Virus record (IMG/VR): IMGVR_UViG_3300045790_000889
DNA length: 20,000 bases
Reading direction: 5' to 3' (one strand)
DNA from: an uncultured virus (IMG/VR IMGVR_UViG_3300045790_000889)
Lineage: Duplodnaviria > Heunggongvirae > Uroviricota > Caudoviricetes
A program made the translations under genes and the position numbers. Shown piece by piece: positions 1 through 7,594 of this stretch (the first letter of the stretch is position 1; each line of letters begins with the position of its first letter). The notes under the pieces are model-generated. The model made no database searches, had not been told where the DNA came from, and saw only the letters and a program-made list of their open reading frames with translations.

Positions 1-1
1 G

Positions 2-310
2 TTCAAAAAGTATGGGATTGATTTTAAATTCACTCGTCATTTTGGTGATAGGATGGGAGACGATAGAAACAACCCTTGCATTTCCATGAAAGAGTTGGCA
101 GAATTTATAAAAAAGATTTACGCAAGGCAAGGCAAGTCGCTTAAAGGTGTGGCTGGCGCAGAAGCGGTAATTAAAGATATGCAAACTAATTTAAATATTC
201 CAGTAGCAGTTAAGTATGATCAAAGAAAAGATGAATTTGATGTTGTACTGAAAACGATTATGCGTAAAAAAGATTTTAAAACACCAGATAAGATAATAAG
301 ATATGCGTAA
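2..310 (+). CDS. Conserved phage protein, 5'-truncated by the window; possibly RelE/RegB-like RNase fold
   Basis: The frame of the 53..310 ORF is open from position 2 (FKKYGIDFKFTRHFGDRMGDDRNN...KTIMRKKDF), so the true start is upstream of the window. The F-T-x-H-x-x-D-R motif is only loosely reminiscent of RegB/RelE-type RNases. Confidence 0.6.
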   Translation, partial: FKKYGIDFKFTRHFGDRMGDDRNNPCISMKELAEFIKKIYARQGKSLKGVAGAEAVIKDMQTNLNIPVAVKYDQRKDEFDVVLKTIMRKKDFKTPDKIIRYA

Positions 311-345
311 GTATGGAATGGCGTAGAACATTTTCGGATTAAATT

Positions 346-1035
346 ATGAAATACTTTATATCAGCACCTTTTGGAAACTATTTAAAACTTCCTAACGCAA
401 TTAGCGTAACTGGAAGTTGGACCGTTGAAAAAAGAGAAGGACTTATTCCCCAAATTTTTAAAACTCTTAGATATAAAAATGGTGGATGGATTAATAAAAT
501 TGGATTACGAAATGCAGGAATATATGAGGGTTTAAAAAGAACAAACTCTACAGATGTGTTGAGCCTTGCCGCAATAGACGAATATGATTGGATAAATTTA
601 GACCGCATAGTAGGTAAAAATTTGTCTGTTGAAATTAATATAAGTTGTCCAAACCTTGATAAAGATGTAGGAGCGGTTGATCTGCGCGGCTTTGATTTAT
701 TTCCTAAAAATAATAGAGAATGGTGTATATGTAAAATACCGCCTACTGCGACAGAATGTCTCATAGACAAGATAGTAGATTTGGGGTATAATCAAATACA
801 TGCAAGCAACACTTTGTACTCTTTAAATGGGGGTCAAAGTGGAACAATTTTAAAACCATATACTACAAGGATTATAGAATATATAAAGAGAAAACATCCC
901 AGTGTCACTATAATCGCTGGTGGTGGGGTTACAAATAAGGATGATGCAGAATTTTATTTTGATAAGGGCGCAGACTATGTAAGTCTAGGAACAGTATGTT
1001 TTACACCTTGGAAAATAAAAAGCATAATTTCTTAA
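346..1035 (+). CDS. pyrD: Dihydroorotate dehydrogenase-like FMN TIM-barrel (class 1 type, compact, 229 aa)
   Basis: Motifs NKIGLRNAG (NxxGLxNxG), EINISCPN (class 1 catalytic Cys loop), HASNT, GGQSG, IIAGGGV and GADYVSLGT. Confidence 0.8.
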   Translation: MKYFISAPFGNYLKLPNAISVTGSWTVEKREGLIPQIFKTLRYKNGGWINKIGLRNAGIYEGLKRTNSTDVLSLAAIDEYDWINLDRIVGKNLSVEINISCPNLDKDVGAVDLRGFDLFPKNNREWCICKIPPTATECLIDKIVDLGYNQIHASNTLYSLNGGQSGTILKPYTTRIIEYIKRKHPSVTIIAGGGVTNKDDAEFYFDKGADYVSLGTVCFTPWKIKSIIS

Positions 1036-1053
1036 CTTTTTTTTACCTAACCT

Positions 1054-1084
1054 CTTGAAATCACAAAATAAAGACATATATACT
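1054..1084 (+). promoter_or_regulatory. Putative promoter of hsp20 (RpoH/sigma32-like; sigma70 reading also possible)
   Basis: CTTGAA (1054-1059), N15, CATATAT (1075-1081) resembles the alphaproteobacterial RpoH consensus CTTGAA-N15/16-CCTATAT. TTGAAA-N18-TATACT is an alternative sigma70 reading. Confidence 0.55.
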
Positions 1085-1090
1085 AATGAG

Positions 1091-1175
1091 TTAGCATCTT
1101 GATGCTAATCAAACCAAGGGGATGCGAACAATCGGTCCCATTACAATCTTGCTTGATCAAAAGGAGATAACAATG
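1091..1175 (+). promoter_or_regulatory. ROSE-like RNA thermometer in the hsp20 5' UTR
   Basis: Three hairpins: 1091-1108 (TTAGCATC/GATGCTAA), 1119-1139, and 1146-1168. In the last, ATCTT-G-CTT pairs with AAGGAGAT (the Shine-Dalgarno) with G1151 bulged, giving the U(U/C)GCU ROSE signature just upstream of ATG 1173. Confidence 0.75.
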
Positions 1176-1655
1176 ACAGGCTTACAAACACTTTTTCCAC
1201 GTTCATCTTTCGTGGGTTTTGACCATCTATTCAATGAACTAGAGTTCACTGCTAAACATGCTCAAGATCACTATCCACCACACAATATTATTAAAGCAGG
1301 AGAATCAGATTACTTGATTGAACTTGCTATTGCTGGATTTTCACAAGATGAAATCAATGTTGAAGTAAAAGATAGAACTTTGACAATAACTGGTGAACAC
1401 GTTTCTAAAGGTAGAGAATTTATCCATCGTGGCATTTCAACAAAGAAATTTAAACGAACTTTTAGGCTGTCTGAACACGTACAAGTAAACGGAGCAGATA
1501 TTCAAGATGGTATTCTGGCAATTGAGTTGCAGTATATTATCCCAGAAGAAATGCGTCCTCGTAAAATTTCAATTGGAAAAAACGAGGAAAACTCAAATGC
1601 AACACATACTAACAACACACAACTTCTTAACGAAAGGTCTAACAGGACTGTTTGA
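1173..1655 (+). CDS. hsp20: Small heat-shock protein Hsp20 (IbpA-like)
   Basis: GFDHLF, HYPPHNI, IELAIAGF, FIHRGIS, FKRTFRL, GADIQDGIL and IPEEMRPRKI are alpha-crystallin/IbpA motifs. Start reassigned to ATG 1173 after AAGGAGA (track start 1122 lies in the UTR). Confidence 0.95.
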   Translation: MTGLQTLFPRSSFVGFDHLFNELEFTAKHAQDHYPPHNIIKAGESDYLIELAIAGFSQDEINVEVKDRTLTITGEHVSKGREFIHRGISTKKFKRTFRLSEHVQVNGADIQDGILAIELQYIIPEEMRPRKISIGKNEENSNATHTNNTQLLNERSNRTV

Positions 1656-1809
1656 TCTTTTATTATCTTTAGGAAAAAGTATTCAATTCTCAAGACAATG
1701 TTCTGCAAATGTAGATTTGGTAAGATATTTTAGAATAGAATATCCAAATATGTCGGATGCAGAGATATTATCTGAATTAAATAGAAGAACTTTGGGGGAA
1801 TTTAAATGA
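1597..1809 (+). CDS. Hypothetical protein (70 aa) overlapping the hsp20 3' end
   Basis: ATG 1597 preceded by GAGG (1584-1587), MQHILTTHNF...RRTLGEFK. Its stop overlaps the next start (ATGA at 1806-1809). Confidence 0.65.
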   Translation: MQHILTTHNFLTKGLTGLFDLLLSLGKSIQFSRQCSANVDLVRYFRIEYPNMSDAEILSELNRRTLGEFK

Positions 1810-1970
1810 TTCATTGGATCAAAAATTTCTTTAAGGGTGCGACACCTAAAACTATGATAGAAGAAAGAGATGAATATTTTGCAAATGCAAAAGATTTATG
1901 TGACCTTGAAAGAAGAATGAAAGCGTGGGAAAAAACATCTATGAATGAAAATCTTCGTGGGTGGATTTGA
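1806..1970 (+). CDS. Small protein, DUF3563-like (54 aa; absent from the ORF track)
   Basis: MIHWIKNFFKGATPKTMIEERDEYFANAKDLCDLERRMKAWEKTSMNENLRGWI. The E-Y-x-A-x-A-x-D-x-x-DLE-x-RM pattern is typical of DUF3563. ATGA coupling with the upstream ORF. Confidence 0.7.
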   Translation: MIHWIKNFFKGATPKTMIEERDEYFANAKDLCDLERRMKAWEKTSMNENLRGWI

Positions 1971-2047
1971 TCTTATACCATATTATGATGAAATGGAAAC
2001 TTTATAGACAGATTGCAGAATATATCTGGATTAGAGTTTTACCTTAA
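1967..2047 (+). CDS. Possible micropeptide (26 aa from TTG, or 20 aa from ATG 1985)
   Basis: TTGA overlap with the upstream stop; MILYHIMMKWKLYRQIAEYIWIRVLP; ends just before a hairpin. Confidence 0.3.
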   Translation: MILYHIMMKWKLYRQIAEYIWIRVLP

Positions 2048-2051
2048 AATT

Positions 2052-2076
2052 AGGAAGGGCATCAATGCCCTTCTTT
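2052..2076 (+). terminator. Hairpin, probable intrinsic terminator or processing stem ending the hsp20 operon
   Basis: GAAGGGCA-tcaa-TGCCCTTC stem followed by only a short T run. Confidence 0.5.
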
Positions 2077-2102
2077 CACACACACAAATTATGGAGAATA
2101 TA

Positions 2103-2408
2103 ATGAAAGAATATATTAATGACACTTGGAATAGTGTTATGGATGCAAACGTCAATCCTTTAAAGAATATCCCAAATTTACAAGTACGCCATTTAATCAT
2201 GCAAATTCTTGCATGGATGTGGGTATCTGTATGTTCTATGTACATTGGTAGTATCACTTTTTGGGGGATCAACGCAATCGCACATACACTTTTACTCGCT
2301 GCAATTGTTATTACAGTTGGCACATTTGAGACTGTGAAGCGAAAGCCTAAAGTTTTTGATAGAATTGATGGATACAACGGGCGACAAAATAACGGCGAAC
2401 ATAATTAA
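2103..2408 (+). CDS. Hypothetical membrane protein (about 2 hydrophobic helices)
   Basis: ATG 2103 with GGAG at 2093-2096. WNSVMD..NPL..IP..QVRHLIMQILAWMW and AIAHTLLLAAIVITVGTF are hydrophobic segments. The track start at 2013 runs through the hairpin. Confidence 0.75.
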   Translation: MKEYINDTWNSVMDANVNPLKNIPNLQVRHLIMQILAWMWVSVCSMYIGSITFWGINAIAHTLLLAAIVITVGTFETVKRKPKVFDRIDGYNGRQNNGEHN

Positions 2409-2427
2409 AATTAGATAGGAACACACA

Positions 2428-2649
2428 ATGACACACAAAAATCCTTTTGAAATCCGCGCAGAAATGTTACAAATGGCAAAAGATTATATGGATCAGCAAT
2501 GGACCATGAATATCCAACTTGCGAATGATTTGTATGATCAAGGCCATAAATCAGCAGAAGAAGTTAAGGAAGCGTACAAAATTTATAGTACAGATGATTT
2601 GATGGCGAAGGCTAAAGAAATGTATTCTTTCGTATCAAAGAAAGATTAA
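2428..2649 (+). CDS. Hypothetical phage protein (73 aa)
   Basis: AGGA upstream; helical KNPFEIRAEMLQMAKDY...AKAKEMYSFVS pattern of the kind seen in T4-like phage hypotheticals. Confidence 0.75.
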   Translation: MTHKNPFEIRAEMLQMAKDYMDQQWTMNIQLANDLYDQGHKSAEEVKEAYKIYSTDDLMAKAKEMYSFVSKKD

Positions 2650-2655
2650 TGATCC

Positions 2656-2684
2656 ACAGATCATATTTTAAGTTTATGATCTGT
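2656..2684. repeat. Inverted repeat, 10 bp arms with 9 nt spacer
   Basis: ACAGATCATA (2656-2665) / TATGATCTGT (2675-2684), intergenic, upstream of the nuclease gene. Confidence 0.7.
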
Positions 2685-2722
2685 AAATCATATTATTATT
2701 AATTTTTTACAAAGGTATATTT

Positions 2723-3310
2723 ATGAATAGTTTGGCGCGAGACCTCGCGGAAAATGTTGATTGGAAAAATTTCTTTGAAATGAGACATTCTGTAGGTTCA
2801 CAATTAAACGACAGAACATTACGTTTTTTAAAATCAATTATACAAGATAAAGCAATTGAAAAAATGAGTGGTGGTAAAGTCCAATATGTAGATTTAATTG
2901 GACAAGATCATCAATTTAAAAAATATCGTATTGAAACTAAATGTGGTACAAATGTATTAACAACAGCAAAAGGTAAAGAAAAAAAGAAATCTGTAACTGG
3001 TTCTATCAAGTTGAACAATACACTAGGTTCAAGTCATGGTAGAACATTACCTAACACGTTTGATTATCTGATGATTGTTGATAATGATGCAGTGGCAATA
3101 GTAAAGCGAGAAAATCTATTGCCACACATTACAAGTGGTGGAGATGGACTTAGTGTTAAATTACCTTACTCAGAACTTGAGTGGGTTGTAAAACCAAAAG
3201 AGTTTGATCATGATAACTTTAAAAATATTCAGAGTGTGAATGTTTTAGAACAACTTTATGAAATGATAGAGAAAATAATAACAATGTCTACTGATAAAAA
3301 TAATAGATAA
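2723..3310 (+). CDS. Putative PD-(D/E)XK restriction-endonuclease-like protein
   Basis: GQD-x7-IETK fits the D...E-x-K catalytic motif, with an upstream helix (FLKSIIQDKAIE) and a downstream FDYLMIVD strand. Confidence 0.55.
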   Translation: MNSLARDLAENVDWKNFFEMRHSVGSQLNDRTLRFLKSIIQDKAIEKMSGGKVQYVDLIGQDHQFKKYRIETKCGTNVLTTAKGKEKKKSVTGSIKLNNTLGSSHGRTLPNTFDYLMIVDNDAVAIVKRENLLPHITSGGDGLSVKLPYSELEWVVKPKEFDHDNFKNIQSVNVLEQLYEMIEKIITMSTDKNNR

Positions 3311-3314
3311 TTTG

Positions 3315-3343
3315 TTGACTAAACCTTTATATTATGGTATAAT
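3315..3343 (+). promoter_or_regulatory. Sigma70-type (early) promoter of gp43
   Basis: TTGACT-N17-TATAAT with extended -10 TG (3335-3336); GGAG Shine-Dalgarno at 3354-3357. Confidence 0.85.
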
Positions 3344-3364
3344 AACTCCAAACGGAGAAGAATA

Positions 3365-5866
3365 TTGAAAGCATTTTATACAAACGTAGCAAGATATGGC
3401 AACTCACTCTTATACCGTGGTTATAATGACCACGGTGTTCGTATTGATAAGCGAGTCAAGTTTAAACCAAAACTCTTTGTTCGTAGCAAAGAAAAAAATA
3501 CAGTATGGAAAACCCTTGAAGGATTTTCTGTTGCACCAGTAGAATTTGAATCTATGAGAGCAGCAAAAGAATGGTTAGAGACTTACAAAGATATGGATAA
3601 TGTCAAAATCTATGGCATGACTAATTATATCCAACAGTTTATAACTAGCGCATTTCCAAATGAAATAGAGTTTAATCGTAAAACAGTCAATGTCGCTAAC
3701 TTAGATATTGAAGTTGCATCAGATGATGGATTCCCACATCCAGATGCTGCTGATTATCCTGTTATATCAATTTGCCATAAATCATCAACATCTAATGTTT
3801 ATCACGTTTGGGGTTTGGGTGAATATGATGTTGATAAACGTGAAAATCAAAATTTGATTGTCCAGTACCGTCATTGTAAAAACGAATTAGAATTACTAGC
3901 AAAGTACATGGAATTTTGGACTAAGAATCCACCAGATGTTATAACTGGTTGGTATATTAAAATGTTTGATATGCCTTATCTAATTAATCGTGTTACTAAA
4001 ATCGCTGGTAATGATGTGGCAAAAAAGTTTTCTCCATGGGGTTTGATTAGTGAACGCAACGTAAATGTCGCTGGTCAAAATCATAAACATTATGAAATAA
4101 CTGGTATTTCTCAATTAGATTATATGGACCTATTTAAAAAGTTTGGATATTCGTATGGAACTCAAGCATCATACAAATTAGATCACATTGCCAATACTGT
4201 ACTTGGTGAGAAAAAATTATCGTATGAGGAACATGGAACACTTCATACTCTATATAAAAATGACCATCAATTATTCATTGATTATAATATCAAGGATGTT
4301 TACTTAGTGGATAAGATTGATGAAAAAATGGATTTGATTACTCTTGCACTTACTATGGCATATCGTGGTGGTGTGAACTATGAGGCAACTCTTGGGACAA
4401 CTGCTATATGGGACTCAATCATATATCGTGAACTGAATAAACAACATGTTGCTATACCACCAAATGAAAATACAATCAAATCACCATATCCAGGAGGTTA
4501 CGTTAAAGAACCTAAAGTCGGCCTACATGATTGGGTGGTTTCGTTTGATTTGAATTCACTATATCCCAATTTGATTATTCAATATAATATGTCACCAGAA
4601 ACTTTGGTTGTAGATATTGAAAACACTTATCAATCAGGTGTTGAACATTATATGAATAATGCTCCAAATGTAAAAAACGATCTTTCTGTAGCGGCAAATG
4701 GCTCAACTTATACTAGACAAAGGCAAGGTATTGTACCACAAATTATTGCAGATTATATGTTGGAGCGTAAAGCGACTAAGAAGTTAATGCTTGAAGCAAT
4801 GCAAAAAAATCAAGATAATCCATCTACTGAACTTGAAAAGCAAATCAATCAACTTGAAAATCGGCAAATGGCGATTAAAATTCTATTGAATTCTCTTTAT
4901 GGTGCTTTGGGTAATGCTTACTTTCGGTATTTTGATATGCGTGTCGCAGAAGGTATTACTCTGTCTGGACAGTTAGCGATTCAATGGGCAGAACGCGCTA
5001 TGAATGATGAAATGAATAAAATACTCAAAACAGATAATTTTGATTATGTAATCGCTATTGATACTGACTCACTGTATATCAACTTTGGGCCTTTTGTAGA
5101 TAAATTGAAACCTAAAGACCCTGTTAAAGCATTGGACAAAATTTGCGCTGAACATTTTGAAAAGGTTTTAGAGAAAGCGTATGATAAACTATTTAATCAA
5201 ATGAACGCATATACAAATCGCATGGTTATGGAAAGGGAAGCGATTGCAGATCGTGGTATCTGGACAGCCAAAAAACGATATTTACTGAATGTTCATAATA
5301 ACGAAGGTGTTCAATACGCAGAACCAAAATTAAAGATCATGGGTATTGAGGCTATTAAATCAAGCACACCTCAAGTGGTGCGAGATAAGTTTATGCAGTC
5401 GTTTAAAATCATCATGTCTGGTTCTGAAGAAAAAACAAGAAAGTTTATTGCTGATTTTAAGAAAGAGTTTAAATCTCTACCACCAGAAGATATATCTTTT
5501 CCAAGAGGTGTTAGTGATATTGTGAAATGGAGCGACAGAAAAACTATTTACAAGAAAGGTACACCAATTCATGTGAGAGGTAGTTTACTCTATAATAATC
5601 AGATCAAAGATAAGGCATTAGGAAAAAAGTATGCGGTCATTCAAAATGGTGAAAAAATTAAGTTTTGCTATTTAAAGATGCCCAACCCTCTAAAGGAAAA
5701 TGTTATATCATTTCCAGATTACATTCCAAGTGAGTTTAATCTACATAGATATGTAAATTATGACGTTCAATTTGAAAAGACCTTTGTAGAACCAATTACA
5801 CCAATCTTAGATGCAATTGGGTGGAGTGTGGAAGAAAGATCATCATTAGAAGATTTTCTCTCCTAA
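3365..5866 (+). CDS. gp43: T4-like family B DNA polymerase
   Basis: Exo I DIEV, Exo II GWY..FDMPY, Exo III YNIKDV; polymerase motifs SFDLNSLYP, KILLNSLYGALGN, AIDTDS, KKRY, MGIEAIKSSTP. TTG start. Unsplit, with no intein-sized insertion. Confidence 0.98.
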   Translation: MKAFYTNVARYGNSLLYRGYNDHGVRIDKRVKFKPKLFVRSKEKNTVWKTLEGFSVAPVEFESMRAAKEWLETYKDMDNVKIYGMTNYIQQFITSAFPNEIEFNRKTVNVANLDIEVASDDGFPHPDAADYPVISICHKSSTSNVYHVWGLGEYDVDKRENQNLIVQYRHCKNELELLAKYMEFWTKNPPDVITGWYIKMFDMPYLINRVTKIAGNDVAKKFSPWGLISERNVNVAGQNHKHYEITGISQLDYMDLFKKFGYSYGTQASYKLDHIANTVLGEKKLSYEEHGTLHTLYKNDHQLFIDYNIKDVYLVDKIDEKMDLITLALTMAYRGGVNYEATLGTTAIWDSIIYRELNKQHVAIPPNENTIKSPYPGGYVKEPKVGLHDWVVSFDLNSLYPNLIIQYNMSPETLVVDIENTYQSGVEHYMNNAPNVKNDLSVAANGSTYTRQRQGIVPQIIADYMLERKATKKLMLEAMQKNQDNPSTELEKQINQLENRQMAIKILLNSLYGALGNAYFRYFDMRVAEGITLSGQLAIQWAERAMNDEMNKILKTDNFDYVIAIDTDSLYINFGPFVDKLKPKDPVKALDKICAEHFEKVLEKAYDKLFNQMNAYTNRMVMEREAIADRGIWTAKKRYLLNVHNNEGVQYAEPKLKIMGIEAIKSSTPQVVRDKFMQSFKIIMSGSEEKTRKFIADFKKEFKSLPPEDISFPRGVSDIVKWSDRKTIYKKGTPIHVRGSLLYNNQIKDKALGKKYAVIQNGEKIKFCYLKMPNPLKENVISFPDYIPSEFNLHRYVNYDVQFEKTFVEPITPILDAIGWSVEERSSLEDFLS

Positions 5867-5908
5867 GAATTATATTTAAGTTTATAAACAACAAGGAATA
5901 ATTATATT

Positions 5909-6469
5909 ATGAAACTAAAGCCAAGTGAAATGTATGATTTAGCAAAAAACGATGAAATACAGAATTATATACAAAACAATCTTTATGACCCATGGATAGG
6001 AAGCCCCTTTGAAGGATATAGATATATGGGTAATAAACAAAAGGGTGAACTAGGAGAGAGATTAGTAACTCTAATAATGGAAAAGGCAGGGTACATTGTT
6101 GAATTTGCTCACACATCAACTGCTGGATACGATAGAATTTTAAATGGAATTAAAACGGAAATTAAGTTTTCTGTTGCACATACAGACACTAAAAAAAGAT
6201 CAATCAAAAAAGATTGTTTTACAATGAACCATGTCGCAGTTGGTAAAGATTGGGACCGTCTTATTTTTATTGGAGTAAATGAAAATCCTAATGAATTTAA
6301 GGCTGTGTATATGACAAAAGAAATGTTTGAAAACTGTCTGAAAACAGATAATCATTTTAATCATCAACAAGGTGGTAAAAATTCAAAGAATGATGATTAT
6401 ATGGTTACGGAGAAAAAACTTAGAGAACTAATGCAATCAGAATATGTAAAAGAATTGAGTGCATGGTAA
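5909..6469 (+). CDS. Putative type II restriction-like PD-(D/E)XK endonuclease
   Basis: KGELGE helix, AGYD-x7-TEIK (D...EIK) and WDRLIFIG. Overlaps the start of a methyltransferase gene. Confidence 0.7.
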   Translation: MKLKPSEMYDLAKNDEIQNYIQNNLYDPWIGSPFEGYRYMGNKQKGELGERLVTLIMEKAGYIVEFAHTSTAGYDRILNGIKTEIKFSVAHTDTKKRSIKKDCFTMNHVAVGKDWDRLIFIGVNENPNEFKAVYMTKEMFENCLKTDNHFNHQQGGKNSKNDDYMVTEKKLRELMQSEYVKELSAW

Positions 6470-7191
6470 AAACTATACTTGGTGATTGCTTAGAGGTATT
6501 GCCTACAATTGAAGATAATTCAGTAGATATGCTTCTTGTTGATCTTCCTTATGGTACTACTGCATGTAAATGGGATTCTGTTATTCCATTAGATAAACTA
6601 TGGGAACAGTATGATAGGGTTTGTAAGAAAAATGCAGCAATGGTTTTTACCGCAATGCAACCATTCACAACAATTCTTGCTGCTTCTAATATAGAAAATT
6701 TAAGATATGAATGGATTTGGGAAAAACCTCAAGGCACAAACCCCATGAATGTGAAGATAATGCCGTTAAAATCCCATGAAAATATCTTAGTATTTTATAG
6801 GGAGAAACCAACTTATAATCCTCAAATGTGGTATAGTACACCTTATTCTGGATTTAGTAGCGATACTGCAAAAATTGGTGAAGTGTATGGCAATGCTGAA
6901 TCAAAACATAGGGATAACCCAGAAGGATCAAGATACCCAAAAACAGTGATAAAACATAAACAAGAAAAAGGTTATCATCCTACTCAAAAACCAGTAGGTT
7001 TGATGGAATATTTGATAAAGACTTACACTAATGAATGGGATGTTGTTCTTGATAATACAATGGGTTCTGGAACTACAGGAGTTGCTTGCGTCCATACAAA
7101 TAGAGAATTTATAGGAATAGAAAAAGAAGAAAAGTATTTTAAAATAGCAGAAAAAAGATTAGGTACAAATTTAAATGAATTTTTCTATTGA
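6463..7191 (+). CDS. DNA amino-methyltransferase (N6-A/N4-C, beta class)
   Basis: GDCLE, motif IV DLPY, HENILVF, HPTQKPVGLMEYLI, motif I variant VLDNTMGSGTTG, FIGIE. Confidence 0.93.
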   Translation: MVKTILGDCLEVLPTIEDNSVDMLLVDLPYGTTACKWDSVIPLDKLWEQYDRVCKKNAAMVFTAMQPFTTILAASNIENLRYEWIWEKPQGTNPMNVKIMPLKSHENILVFYREKPTYNPQMWYSTPYSGFSSDTAKIGEVYGNAESKHRDNPEGSRYPKTVIKHKQEKGYHPTQKPVGLMEYLIKTYTNEWDVVLDNTMGSGTTGVACVHTNREFIGIEKEEKYFKIAEKRLGTNLNEFFY

Positions 7192-7216
7192 CTCTCTGAT
7201 ACAAATCATGTATTCA
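7188..7216 (+). promoter_or_regulatory. Possible sigma70-type promoter
   Basis: TTGACT (7188-7193), N17, TATTCA (weak -10), upstream of two small ORFs. Confidence 0.4.
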
Positions 7217-7257
7217 TATAGTTGAAGTTAGTAAATAAAACAAAACGGAGCATACTG

Positions 7258-7365
7258 ATGTTAGCAACTAATCACTCAACATACCAAGCATATCAATTGG
7301 CAATGGTCGCTCAAGGTTATCAAGTTATACCTCAATCGCTTTGGAATGCACTACAGGCAGAATGA
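7258..7365 (+). CDS. Small hypothetical protein (35 aa; absent from the ORF track)
   Basis: GGAG (7247-7250) 7 nt before ATG; MLATNHSTYQAYQLAMVAQGYQVIPQSLWNALQAE; fills the gap between promoter and next gene. Confidence 0.6.
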   Translation: MLATNHSTYQAYQLAMVAQGYQVIPQSLWNALQAE

Positions 7366-7384
7366 ACCTTAATAGGAGAATATC

Positions 7385-7588
7385 ATGCACAGTAAAAAAG
7401 AATATAAATTTAATTCAGAGGCAGATGCTCAAAAGTTTGCTGATGCCGAAAATCAATCGTATGATCCTAGTTGTGATGTTTACATTACTGGACCTTTCTT
7501 TGTAGATGAGTCAAACACATTTAAAGATATGCCATGGGTTACTGATACTAAAACATACTGGCATGTTGGTGTAGAAGTTTACAGATAA
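7385..7588 (+). CDS. Hypothetical protein (67 aa)
   Basis: Strong AGGAG Shine-Dalgarno before ATG; no recognisable motif. Confidence 0.7.
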   Translation: MHSKKEYKFNSEADAQKFADAENQSYDPSCDVYITGPFFVDESNTFKDMPWVTDTKTYWHVGVEVYR

Positions 7589-7594
7589 AATCTG

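Noticed and set aside
1091..1108. CIRCE (HrcA operator) upstream of hsp20
   Set aside because: The arms TTAGCA/TGCTAA resemble CIRCE, but the element lacks the TTAGCACTC-N9-GAGTGCTAA length and spacing. It is better explained as the first UTR hairpin.
1122..1172. Track N-terminal extensions of hsp20 (1122), the 1507 ORF, the 2013 ORF and the 9151 ORF
   Set aside because: Downstream starts (1173, 1597, 2103, 9190) have better Shine-Dalgarno sites or coupling and fit the expected protein N-termini.
2077..2440. ACACAC runs near starts (2077-2086, 2421-2437) as a repeat system
   Set aside because: Short, low-complexity and irregular. At most they are unstructured translation-enhancer sequence.
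3365..5866. Intein, intron or split in gp43, uvsX or gp41
   Set aside because: All three are continuous and of ordinary length, with no intein-like insertions visible.
7197..7210. FNR/FixK box
   Set aside because: CTGAT-N4-ATCAT mismatches both outer positions of TTGAT-N4-ATCAA, too weak to call.
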